A stretch of DNA of 64,000 bases, from positions 1 through 64,000 of the forward strand of contig JBGPQV010000004.1 in the NCBI GenBank assembly GCA_041489255.1. The letters are read 5' to 3'. The position numbers were made by a program, and so were the translations under genes. Below the pieces are notes generated by a model. That model did not search any database, was not told the origin of the DNA, and saw nothing but the letters and a program-made list of their open reading frames with translations. Source of the DNA: Thermoplasmata archaeon. GTDB taxonomy: Archaea; Thermoplasmatota; Thermoplasmata; RBG-16-68-12; JAFNFQ01. Shown in pieces: positions 19,530 to 28,700 of this stretch (its first letter is position 1; every line of letters begins with the position of its first letter).

Positions 19530-21437
19530 TCACTTCAGCCTGATCGTCTCCAGGTTCATCGGCGCCCTGGTCTCAATCCCGAACTTCTTGTAGATGCTCG
19601 ACGCGAGGTCGATGCACTTGTGTTCCTCGCCGTGGCCCACTATGATCCTTTCCGGCCTTGGCTCCATCGTGCCGACGTAGTTGAGCAGCTGCAGCCTGTC
19701 CGAGTGACCAGAGAACCCGTCGATCGTCTCGAGGTCCATCTTGATCTGGAGGGTCAGCGGGTTGCCTCTGTCGTTGAGGGTGATCTCCCTCGTCTCCTTC
19801 TGTATCTTCCGTCCGAAGCTGTTCTCGGACTGGAACCCCACGAATATCAGCGCGTGCAGCGGATTGTCCGCCCAGGACTTGAAGTACTCCATGACTGGCC
19901 CGCCGGACATCATGCCGCTCGTCGCGAGCACGATGCAGGGTTCCGACTGGTCGCAGATGTTCGCCCTCATGTCGCCCGTCTCCACCCGCTTGAATATCGG
20001 CGACAGGAACGGGTTCTCGCCAGTCTGGAATATCTGCGTGCGCAGCTGGCTGTTGAGGTACTCCGGGTAGGCGGTGTGTATCGCAGTCGCCTCCCATATC
20101 ATTCCGTCGAGGTAGACGGGCACCTCAGGGATCTGGCGGTTGCGCATCAGGTCCTCGAGGACCAGCATGACCTCCTGCGACCTGCCGACCGCGAAGACCG
20201 GGATGAGCACCTTGCCACCTCGCCTGATCACCCTGCCGACGATTTCCCTGAGCTGGATCCCCGCTTCGTGGCGGGCAGGCTGGACATCATGGTAGCCACC
20301 ATATGTGGACTCCATGACCAGCGTCTCGAGCCTGGGGAATTTATTGTTTGCGGGATTGAAGAGCCAAGTCTTCTCGAACTTGATGTCGCCTGTGATCGCG
20401 ACGTTGTAGAGTCCATCGCCGATGTGGAAGTGGGTTACGCTGCTGCCCATGATGTGGCCCGCGTTCTGGAGTGTAAGGCGGATGTCCGGCGCTATGTCCG
20501 TCGTCTCGCCGTAACGGAGAGTTATGGATTTCTTCACCGCCTCCCTGATGTTGGATGAATCGTACGGTGCCTTCCTCGCCTCCCCATAGGCCACTTTGAT
20601 GTAGTCGATCTGAAGCAGCGACATGAGGTCCCTCGTGGGCGCGGTGCAATAGATGGGGCCGGTGTACCCATATTTGTACAGGACAGGGATGAGCCCAGAA
20701 TGGTCTAGGTGCGCGTGGGTGACGACGACGGCATCGATCGAGTCGAGTGGCGTCACCTCGGGTGCGCTCAGGTACGGGCTGCCATTCTCTTCGGATATCA
20801 GCACGCCGCAATCGACGAGGACCTTTGACTCGCGGGTGCTTACCAACGTCGCCGACCTTCCGACCTGCCTGTAGCCTCCGAGCGTCGTGAGCCGCACCCA
20901 GTTCTCCCCGCTGGGCACGTCCCTCGCCAGCTTCCTGCCTAGCGTCTTGAGGAACGCGTTGCGCTCCTCCTGCACGGACCGCAGGTACTGCCTGACGTCC
21001 TCTACAGTCTTCGATGGAATCGGAGGCGTCCTCGAAACCTTCGGCGACCACCCTATCTTCTTTTTGATATCATTGAGGATCGAGCCCTGCTTGCCTATCA
21101 CGAGGCCGGGGGACAGCGCCTCGATGGTGACCTCCCCCGTCTCGACCTCGAAGTTGATGTCCGTGATCTGCGCCTCGGGCGGTATCAGTTCCTTGATGAT
21201 CCTCTCCGCGTCCTCCTGGCGCGAGAGCAGCGAAGGGTCCGGTCTTATCATGACCCTGCGCCGCATGCTCTGTGCTAGCTGCCTGACCAAGTCGTTATTG
21301 TCCGCGAAGATGTCCATGTTCTTGGTGTACAGCACCACGACTGGACCTTCGAGGTCAATATGTGTTATCTCTACCTGGTCAGGTACGACCTTCCGAACGG
21401 CCTCTTTGGCCTGACCTAGAATGTCTTCAACGCTCAT
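19530..21437 (-). CDS. fttA: aCPSF1 / FttA beta-CASP ribonuclease (KH-KH-MBL-beta-CASP), transcription termination factor
   Basis: 635 aa. N-terminal KH region (EGP.VV.Y, PGLVIGK.G), then THAHLDH, AGHIMGS and GFSGHSD. It lies directly downstream of psmB, the usual archaeal order. Confidence 0.95.
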   Translation of the reverse strand: MSVEDILGQAKEAVRKVVPDQVEITHIDLEGPVVVLYTKNMDIFADNNDLVRQLAQSMRRRVMIRPDPSLLSRQEDAERIIKELIPPEAQITDINFEVETGEVTIEALSPGLVIGKQGSILNDIKKKIGWSPKVSRTPPIPSKTVEDVRQYLRSVQEERNAFLKTLGRKLARDVPSGENWVRLTTLGGYRQVGRSATLVSTRESKVLVDCGVLISEENGSPYLSAPEVTPLDSIDAVVVTHAHLDHSGLIPVLYKYGYTGPIYCTAPTRDLMSLLQIDYIKVAYGEARKAPYDSSNIREAVKKSITLRYGETTDIAPDIRLTLQNAGHIMGSSVTHFHIGDGLYNVAITGDIKFEKTWLFNPANNKFPRLETLVMESTYGGYHDVQPARHEAGIQLREIVGRVIRRGGKVLIPVFAVGRSQEVMLVLEDLMRNRQIPEVPVYLDGMIWEATAIHTAYPEYLNSQLRTQIFQTGENPFLSPIFKRVETGDMRANICDQSEPCIVLATSGMMSGGPVMEYFKSWADNPLHALIFVGFQSENSFGRKIQKETREITLNDRGNPLTLQIKMDLETIDGFSGHSDRLQLLNYVGTMEPRPERIIVGHGEEHKCIDLASSIYKKFGIETRAPMNLETIRLK

Positions 21438-21472
21438 CGCTTGTTCACTGTGCCGTGAGCCTGAAAGCTGGC

Positions 21473-22114
21473 TCAGCTCAACTTCATCGTAGCCTTTCTC
21501 TTCTCAATCTCTTTGTCATCCAGTTCCTTGAATCCATCTTTCGTGATGGTGGCTACATCGATACCCTCGCCCGTTGCCGAGTCGCGCTTCATCGCCGTGT
21601 GCACGGATCTTATGGCGAGGTCAATGGCGTCCTTGATGTCCATGTCATCCTTGAAGTGGTCCTCGAGGACACCGTAAACGTAAGGGCTGCCGGAACCGGT
21701 GCTGACGTACCTGTCAGGCAGGCAACCTCCGGCCATGTCAAGTGAGTAGACGTGCGGCCCCCTCATATCGAAGCCGCCGATTATCAACTGGACCCAGTAC
21801 GGGTAGTACCTTCGCCCCGACAGGATATTGGCGGTGAGAGTGGCGCAGGCCTCGACCGACATCGGTGCGCCGCGCTTGAGCTTGTAGAGCTCGACCTCCG
21901 CTGTGACGTACCTGGCCAGAACCTGCAAATCGCCCACCAGGCCCGCCGTCGTCAGGCCGAGGTTGTCATCAAGCTTGTAGATCTTCTTGGTCTTCTTGTG
22001 TGCGATCATCGTGCCCGCCGTCGCTCGCCTGTCGGCTGCCAGCACAACGGCGTCCTTGCAGGTCAGCGCGACGGTCGTTGTTCCAGTTTCAACTTCTTTT
22101 GGCAATTGAGACAT
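21473..22114 (-). CDS. psmB: 20S proteasome beta subunit
   Basis: Short propeptide then G|TTTVAL, followed by AADRRAT, AGLVGD, STGSGS and RDSATG. Confidence 0.96.
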   Translation of the reverse strand: MSQLPKEVETGTTTVALTCKDAVVLAADRRATAGTMIAHKKTKKIYKLDDNLGLTTAGLVGDLQVLARYVTAEVELYKLKRGAPMSVEACATLTANILSGRRYYPYWVQLIIGGFDMRGPHVYSLDMAGGCLPDRYVSTGSGSPYVYGVLEDHFKDDMDIKDAIDLAIRSVHTAMKRDSATGEGIDVATITKDGFKELDDKEIEKRKATMKLS

Positions 22115-22232
22115 GCTTTGCACACCCTCGAAAAGTGTCAAAACCTACTATTCTTCATAAGCAAGGGCTACTATATAAAGACTCTCATTAAATCCATGTT
22201 TGAACATAAAAGGTCCGGGCATTCGCCCTCCA

Positions 22233-23543
22233 TTAGCACCCGCAGGAGGGCTGGTACTTGCAGTACTTCTTGAACCACGCGGGACATGGGGGCAGTTCAT
22301 TGGGGCTCCGCCTGCCCTCGCTGACCTCTCTGATCACGAGGAGGCGGTTCTCCGCTTCCTTCTGCAGGTCGTCCAGGTCGCTGAATGTGACATCGTAAAC
22401 CATCAGCTTCGACTCCTCCCTGAGCTTCTCATAGTGGAGTATAAGCCTGCCATTGGCGGACCCGACAAGCGCGCACTCGAATGCCAGTCTCATGAAATAG
22501 TGCGGGAACATGCGCGTCAGGTTGTCCCGGCTCACGACGTCATTGAATTTCGTGGTGCGCAGGAGAGTCGGCACGCCTTTGAAATATGTCACGCGGTCCT
22601 GCATCTCGCCGAGGCTCAATGCCTTCCGCTTGCTGTCGACGCCCCGCCCGAACTCGATGGCGTCGGCGAGGGCCCTCGCGTGCCCGATGCGGTCCATGGA
22701 TCCGAGACGGTCTGCATCAGTTTCCTCGGTCCCTCTCTGGCTGTCGTAGTAGGCCCTCCGGGGGAAGACGAGGCTGTTCAGTCCAGTTCGCCTGGCGGGC
22801 CTGGACGACTCGAGCATGGACAGGAGCCTCTTCGCCTCCTCCGGATTGGGCTCGAGCGGCGGGGCCTTCATCGCGATCGAGGGGACGAACTCCTCGGCAT
22901 CGGCGCACCCGCAGATCGACTCGAACTCGCATCCTCTCCCGAGCCATGGACAACTGGGCAGGTTGTCGGGTGAACTCTTGGCAAGCGCCGAGACCAGCGC
23001 GTCCCTGCGCTTCCCCATCTCCTCCCTGACCGAGTCGAGGTCATCGAAGACAGCGTCGTAGACGGAAAGCCTGGCGTCCTTCTCGGCTGAACCCCGGCCA
23101 TAGAGAATGAGGCGGCCCCTCCGCATGTCGACCATGGCGCAGTACATCGCGAGCTGTTCAACATAAGAGGACCGCGACTCGCGCAGATCCCCTGCATCAT
23201 CGATCTCACCGGTCGTCTTCAGTTCGGTGGGTATGTCTTTGTAGACGTCGATCACGCCGACGACTCCGCCCCACTCGACGAACTGCTCAAGATACTCCTC
23301 CGATGAGACCGCGTGGCCGAACAGGTCGTGGAATCCCTTTCCCGCCATCATCGCCTCCTTGCGCTCCAATGGCGGCTGGATCTCGGGGTGGACACGCTGC
23401 ATGTATGCCCGCCGCGGATTGACCAGGTCGGTGACTGAGATCCTCTGCCTTGGATGGGTCTCCTTCAGCCGGCCCATCAGCTCGTCCTTTATCGATCTGT
23501 TGGCGTCGACGCGAGCGACGAAGCCTGCGATGTCGAAGCTCAT
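22233..23543 (-). CDS. Tandem Cas4-like PD-(D/E)XK nuclease (intact domain plus degenerate domain)
   Basis: Domain 1: ISVTDLVNPRRAY, G..FH, GVID...ELKT, QLAMY, CPWLGRGCEFESICGC. Domain 2: LVFPRRAY, PTLLRTT, RLAFE, CPAWFKKYCKYQPSCGC. Start set to the ATG at 23543. Confidence 0.75.
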   Translation of the reverse strand: MSFDIAGFVARVDANRSIKDELMGRLKETHPRQRISVTDLVNPRRAYMQRVHPEIQPPLERKEAMMAGKGFHDLFGHAVSSEEYLEQFVEWGGVVGVIDVYKDIPTELKTTGEIDDAGDLRESRSSYVEQLAMYCAMVDMRRGRLILYGRGSAEKDARLSVYDAVFDDLDSVREEMGKRRDALVSALAKSSPDNLPSCPWLGRGCEFESICGCADAEEFVPSIAMKAPPLEPNPEEAKRLLSMLESSRPARRTGLNSLVFPRRAYYDSQRGTEETDADRLGSMDRIGHARALADAIEFGRGVDSKRKALSLGEMQDRVTYFKGVPTLLRTTKFNDVVSRDNLTRMFPHYFMRLAFECALVGSANGRLILHYEKLREESKLMVYDVTFSDLDDLQKEAENRLLVIREVSEGRRSPNELPPCPAWFKKYCKYQPSCGC

Positions 23544-23684
23544 CTCACCGCCACGCCATCGCCGCACGCAGATAAAGCCGTTCGCCGGTGGTGAGTGAAT
23601 GCAGGTGCCGTCTAACCCCGCCGCCGTCCGGCAACGATATAAGCGGTCGCGCACTAGCCTTCCTCATAAGGGAGAACACCCGCC

Positions 23685-25337
23685 GTGGATACTCCTCCAT
23701 GGAAGGTTGACGATGCGGGCTTTCTAAGCCATCCCCTGCTCAGGCCGGGCACGGTCGAGTACAGGCAGTTCCAGACCGACATAGCGATGGAAGCATTGTC
23801 GGGAAACAGTCTAGTGGTCACGCCAACCGGACTCGGGAAGACTATTATCGCCGCTCTGGTGATTGCGGAGAAGCTGGCGCAGGTCGGCGGCAAGGCGCTG
23901 ATCGTCGCGCCGTCGAGGCCACTGGCGGACCAGCACGCGGCTACGCTCGATGCGGTGCTGACCACGGGGAGCGTGGTCTGCCTCACCGGGAGCGAGTCGC
24001 AGAGGAAGAGGGCGGGAAGATGGGGCACGCGCAGGATATTCGCCGCGACCCCGCAGGTCGCCGTCAATGACCTGAAGAGCGGTCTCTTGCCGACCGACCT
24101 GACCTTGGTCGTATTCGACGAAGCCCACAGAGCTGTGGGAGACTACTCCTACGTTTCGCTGGCGAAGGATCTCCGCGATCTCTGCCCGGGCGTGCTGTTC
24201 CTCGGGCTCACCGCCTCTCCTGGCCACGAGATCGAACACATAGAGGAGGTCTGCGCCAACCTCTTCATCAAGAACGTCGTCCTGAGGTCGAGGGAAGACC
24301 CGGACGTCGCGCCCTATGTCCAGAAGATGGACATCGACTGGATAGAAGTCCAGCCCTCCGAGGTCATCAACAAGGTCTCGGGTTACATGACGGGTTACTA
24401 CATCGAGCGCCTCAACAAGATCCGCCGCTTCGGTTTTCTCAGGACGAGGAAGAACACCCAGGTCCGAATCCAGGATTTGAACGCGGCCTCCGGCCAGATC
24501 TTCGCGATGAGGATGAAGGGCAGGGCGCCGTACCTTTTCCAGGCATCCCGCCAGGTCGCGCTTGCCAGGACGGCCCATCACGCGATGCTCTGCATCGAGA
24601 GGCAAGGGGTCGACTCTTTCGTCAGGTTCATAGAGCCGAAGATGAAGCCGGGCAGAAGCAGGTTCGAGGCCGCCTTCGTGAACGACCAGAAGGTCAAGCG
24701 TGCATTCAACGCGGCGAAGCGATGGAAAGGCCCGTCACATCCGAAGCTGAAACCGCTCGAGGAGACGGTGAAAGAGCAGATAGCCCGCAAGCCAGATTCG
24801 AAGATAATCGTGTTCGCGGAGCTGAGGGACACGGTGGAATTCCTCGTGAAGCTGTTCAAGTCGGAAGGGATCAACGTCGAGCACTTCGTCGGGCAGGGGA
24901 CGCGGCAGGGCCGGAAGGGCATGACGCAGAAGGAGCAGAGGGAGGCCCTCGCGAGATTCTCGTCGAGTGTTTTCCAGGTGATGTGCGCGACGAGCATCGC
25001 GGAGGAAGGCCTAGACGTCCCTCAGGTCGACCTGGTCGTGTTCTACGAGCCTGTCGCGAGCGATGTGCGGCTCATTCAACGAAAGGGTCGGACGGGGAGG
25101 GACGCACCGGGAAAGGTCATGATCCTCACGACCGACAAAACGGCGGATGACAGATACTTATGGTCCGGCCTCAAGAGGGAGAAGCGGATGAAGAGGCTGG
25201 TCAAGAAGATGGCGGACGAATCGATGGAGAGAGCGATTCACGCAAAAGACAAGGAGCAAGAGCGGCCCGCTCTCGTTGTCGAGGTCCTGCCCAAGCCGAA
25301 CCTGGCAGCACAACGCAGACTGACGGACTTCTCTTGA
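23685..25337 (+). CDS. Hef/FANCM/Mph1-like SF2 helicase lacking the ERCC4 nuclease domain
   Basis: Motifs PTGLGKT, ATPQ, FDEAHRAVGDYSY, GLTASPG, EEGLDVP.VDLVVFYEP and IQRKGRTGR. It ends at 550 aa with QRRLTDFS. Confidence 0.9.
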   Translation: MDTPPWKVDDAGFLSHPLLRPGTVEYRQFQTDIAMEALSGNSLVVTPTGLGKTIIAALVIAEKLAQVGGKALIVAPSRPLADQHAATLDAVLTTGSVVCLTGSESQRKRAGRWGTRRIFAATPQVAVNDLKSGLLPTDLTLVVFDEAHRAVGDYSYVSLAKDLRDLCPGVLFLGLTASPGHEIEHIEEVCANLFIKNVVLRSREDPDVAPYVQKMDIDWIEVQPSEVINKVSGYMTGYYIERLNKIRRFGFLRTRKNTQVRIQDLNAASGQIFAMRMKGRAPYLFQASRQVALARTAHHAMLCIERQGVDSFVRFIEPKMKPGRSRFEAAFVNDQKVKRAFNAAKRWKGPSHPKLKPLEETVKEQIARKPDSKIIVFAELRDTVEFLVKLFKSEGINVEHFVGQGTRQGRKGMTQKEQREALARFSSSVFQVMCATSIAEEGLDVPQVDLVVFYEPVASDVRLIQRKGRTGRDAPGKVMILTTDKTADDRYLWSGLKREKRMKRLVKKMADESMERAIHAKDKEQERPALVVEVLPKPNLAAQRRLTDFS

Positions 25338-25431
25338 GAGCCCCCAAATCTTGCCAAGCATTCCATGGGGAAAGTATTTTCATGCAGGCGGCGGTACTGT
25401 CAACGGACGAGAGATCGACGGAGGGTTCCAC

Positions 25432-26127
25432 GTGGACTTCTGCCCGCGCTGTGGGAGCGTTGACATTCGGCTGTTTGCAGATAGATCGGGCTGGTGCATG
25501 CACTGCAATATGCCGTTCATGCAGGCTGCGTCGCAGCCCGTGGCACAGCCCGATTTCGGCATGAGGGTCGATGAACAGGATCGACAGCCCGCCTCGAGCG
25601 ATGTAGGCGGCGGACAGAGTCCGATTCCAGAGACGCCCGCGCCTGTTGCGCGACAAGTCCTTTATGCGAGCCAGGACCAGGTGCGCTACGGGGTGCCTGT
25701 TGGGATGTCGATATACGACAAGTTTCAGGCGATGGAGAACGCCGAGAAGGCTCAAGCCTATTGGGCAGAGGAAGAACGGATCAAGTCTGCTGGCATTCTC
25801 ATCTACATCGGATCGGCAATTGCCCTGGCCGCGGTCGCACTCAGCTCCCTCATATCCCTTGGGCTACCAGGTCCGTATGGCGGCAGCATGCTGGCCTCAG
25901 ACATCGCTCCCTGCCTTTGCGGTGCTGCCGTCTTCGAGCTTATCTTGGGTGCATTGGGATTCGGGGCGGGCTACTTCATCAAGGATTACCCTAAGCGCTA
26001 CGTGCCGCTCGCACTCGTCGTGGGCGCACTCCTGACGGTCCTTTCAGTGCTTCTGATCGGCGGCATTCTCGGAGCAATCGGAGGGGGCTTGATCCTCGTT
26101 GGCGGGTTGATGGGGCTGAGTAATTAG
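25432..26127 (+). CDS. Zn-ribbon, Pro-rich linker, 4-TM membrane protein
   Basis: GTG start after GAGGGT. CPRC...CMHC, then four hydrophobic segments ending GGILGAIGGGLILVGGLMG. Confidence 0.7.
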   Translation: MDFCPRCGSVDIRLFADRSGWCMHCNMPFMQAASQPVAQPDFGMRVDEQDRQPASSDVGGGQSPIPETPAPVARQVLYASQDQVRYGVPVGMSIYDKFQAMENAEKAQAYWAEEERIKSAGILIYIGSAIALAAVALSSLISLGLPGPYGGSMLASDIAPCLCGAAVFELILGALGFGAGYFIKDYPKRYVPLALVVGALLTVLSVLLIGGILGAIGGGLILVGGLMGLSN

Positions 26128-26241
26128 AACTAGTCATTCCAGGTGATTCGTACAGTTTTTCCCAACTTCCCGCAGAATTGGCGGTAAGGATTATCTGCTT
26201 CGAAGGTTATCGCCTAGCACAGGGAAAGGAGCGGAGGCGCA

Positions 26242-27069
26242 ATGACGTTCGTCTGTCCCCGTTGTGGCAGCGCTGGGATTATCGTCTATCCGGACAGTTC
26301 TGGTATGTGCGGGAGATGTTCTTCTTCGTTCATGTATCCCGCGTTGGCCGAAGCGGCCCCGCCTAGATCATTTGAGGCGTCTTCCACAACCCCCGCTCAA
26401 GGCGTAAAGTGCGACCAGCCGACGACAGAGGGAAGCGGACAAGGAGACGCTCCAGAATCGAAAGCTGCGCCTCCGGAATGGCGCAGGACTTACGTCCCTG
26501 GCACGCCGCGTCCGTCCGCCTCTGTCGCGGGAGGTTCCGTGTCGAGTGACGGCTGGAGGGCGGTCACCCCGAGCCTCTCCAGCGCCACGAGGACGAGGGG
26601 GCCGGTCCCATACTACGGTTGGGAGGCGGTCCAAAGGGAGATCGGGCAGTCGATATCATACCAGAAGGAGCGGAGGCTCAGAAGCGGAGGGGCGATGGTG
26701 TACGTCGGGTCGTTCATTCTCATACTGGCACCGATCATCGCCCTCTGGCTTCTCCAGGTGATGCTCAGCTCAGTGGCCCACCGACAGGTCTCATTTGAGG
26801 AGTTGTATGATGCCCTCGTGGAGGTCGGGATGGCGGGAGTGGTCTGCTCGGGCATCCTCGTGATCATATCTCTAGGCTTCGTGGGATTCATTCTGGGATA
26901 CCAGATGCGGAGAGGTTCTGTATCCAAGCTGTCGAACCACGCGGCGATAGCCGCCATCGTAGTCGGCTCGCTCGGGGCTTTCCTGGCCGTCTTGATAGCC
27001 GGAGGGGTAATCGGCCTCGTGGGAGGAATCCTCATTGCTGTCGGAGGCGGCATCGGACTCGCGCCATGA
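26242..27069 (+). CDS. Paralogous Zn-ribbon, linker, 4-TM membrane protein
   Basis: CPRC...CGRC, then a TM region ending GGVIGLVGGILIAVGGGIG. Same layout as the upstream gene. Confidence 0.7.
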   Translation: MTFVCPRCGSAGIIVYPDSSGMCGRCSSSFMYPALAEAAPPRSFEASSTTPAQGVKCDQPTTEGSGQGDAPESKAAPPEWRRTYVPGTPRPSASVAGGSVSSDGWRAVTPSLSSATRTRGPVPYYGWEAVQREIGQSISYQKERRLRSGGAMVYVGSFILILAPIIALWLLQVMLSSVAHRQVSFEELYDALVEVGMAGVVCSGILVIISLGFVGFILGYQMRRGSVSKLSNHAAIAAIVVGSLGAFLAVLIAGGVIGLVGGILIAVGGGIGLAP

Positions 27070-27142
27070 TGCCGCGATACCGCAGCACGGGCGAACGCTG
27101 AACCTGAATGTGACGAAAGGGATTCCGATCCTGGAAGGTTCC

Positions 27143-28117
27143 CTACCTCAATGAGATGGCGGGTCTCTGCCCCTTCATCACCTTGGCAGCGGCCCCGTCC
27201 ACGAGGGCGAAGTACGTCTTCTCCTTGAACTTGTACTCGAAGAACCAGACCGGCACATAGAGGAGCTCGCCCTCGTGAGTCACGACGTTGGTCTGCAGGG
27301 ACGCCACGTAGTCCATCGTGGCGCGCACCTCTTCCTCGGTCTTCCTGCTTGCGAACGCTTTCGCCCTGTCCAGGGCTTCCTGCTCCGTCACATCGCCGCC
27401 CATGATCTCGATTCCTTTGTCGAGTTTGTTCTTGTCGAAGATCGCTTTCGAATCCGGCCTGAATTCGTAGTCTTCCAGTTCGAACAGGGTAAGGCCCCTG
27501 ACGGCCACGACCGGGACGTTGAAGCTTTTCTGCTTCCTGTCGTTGACGTTGTGCTGCTTCCCGCCGCTCATCTGCCTCTCGAAGCCCGCGATCGCCATGC
27601 CCTTGAGTAATCCTCCAACTCCCTTCCCTGCGCCGGCCTTCATCGCGCCCACGCCGGATCCCCTGGTCCCGGAGTATGCCGCATCAACTGCGGTTGGAAC
27701 GACCCAGTACGGCACGTACTTCATGTAGGTGTTGGTGACATCGGTCCTGGCGCCGACATTCCGTCTGAGGATGCCTTCGTCGAGCCACTTCTTCCCGACA
27801 TCCAGCGCTTGGTCATAGCTCAGCTTGTTGATCACCATGAGCTGCTTCATGACCTGCTTCCAACCAGCCCCGCTCAGCGTCACGGCTGTCCCGCAGTATT
27901 CGCAGTTGACGATTGACATGCCCGGCGTCGGTTGAAGTGGCGCCCCGCACGAATTGCACTTCATCTCCTTTGTTTCGAAAGTGGGCTGGGCTGGCGCGGC
28001 CTGTGCCGGTGCTTGCGCCGGCGGCGCACCCCCAGGGGCGCTTCCCAGACGAGTGCCGCACTTCATGCAAAACTGAGATCCATCCGGTAGCGGCGAGCCG
28101 CAATTCATGCAGAACAG
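27143..28117 (-). CDS. Double zinc-ribbon protein (start uncertain, possibly CTG)
   Basis: CMNC...CMKC and CNSC...CEYC ribbons, followed by a globular domain with YVPYW and YVPVWF motifs. Confidence 0.7.
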   Translation of the reverse strand: MFCMNCGSPLPDGSQFCMKCGTRLGSAPGGAPPAQAPAQAAPAQPTFETKEMKCNSCGAPLQPTPGMSIVNCEYCGTAVTLSGAGWKQVMKQLMVINKLSYDQALDVGKKWLDEGILRRNVGARTDVTNTYMKYVPYWVVPTAVDAAYSGTRGSGVGAMKAGAGKGVGGLLKGMAIAGFERQMSGGKQHNVNDRKQKSFNVPVVAVRGLTLFELEDYEFRPDSKAIFDKNKLDKGIEIMGGDVTEQEALDRAKAFASRKTEEEVRATMDYVASLQTNVVTHEGELLYVPVWFFEYKFKEKTYFALVDGAAAKVMKGQRPAISLR

Positions 28118-28288
28118 GTTGATTCCTCCTTGTTTGACGCGGGACGAATCAATCAAGGTCAATATCAAGCTTTTCCCGTGATTCCCATCAGCGGGAAAGG
28201 AATCTTGTAGGCTGTATGGGGGATGGAGGGTGGAAGGGCGGTCCTCCTCGACAAGTCCTTAAATCCCGGCCAGGATGCTCCTGCCGCA

Positions 28289-28651
28289 ATGCCGAAGGTC
28301 GTGCTCGACGCCAACGCGCTCATGATGCCGTTCCAGTTCGGCCTGAACCTCAGCGCGGAGATCGAGCGCCTTTTGGGCGAATGCGAGGTCTATGTGCCTT
28401 CGAGCGTGAGGTCAGAGTTGAAGAGTCTGTCTTCCAAAGACAGGGTAGCTAAGGCGGCCCTCGAACTGTCTGAACGCTTCGCCAAGGTCGAGACTAGGGC
28501 GAAGGGAGATGATTCGATTGTCGAGGCCGCCATTGCCCTTGATGCAGCGGTGGTCACCAGCGATGCCGAGCTTCTCCAGAAGCTGAAGGAGAAAGGGATC
28601 AGACGGATCAGGCTCAGGTCGAGAAGCCACCTCATCCTCGAGGGCGATTAG
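28289..28651 (+). CDS. PIN-domain protein (Fcf1/Utp24-like)
   Basis: Motifs VVLDANALMMP, V..EL, GDD.IV and VVTSD.EL...L. A TATA-like CTTAAAT lies about 25 nt upstream. Confidence 0.85.
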   Translation: MPKVVLDANALMMPFQFGLNLSAEIERLLGECEVYVPSSVRSELKSLSSKDRVAKAALELSERFAKVETRAKGDDSIVEAAIALDAAVVTSDAELLQKLKEKGIRRIRLRSRSHLILEGD

Positions 28652-28700
28652 GCTGTCCCTGCGAGAAAGGGTTTATTCACCCGCCACCGATGTCCTCTCG

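Noticed and set aside
19508-19530. Hairpin terminator between convergent genes
   Set aside because: The stem is short and imperfect and cannot be distinguished from chance.
22233-23543. CRISPR-Cas locus based on the Cas4-like gene
   Set aside because: No other cas genes or array nearby. The gene sits among housekeeping genes.
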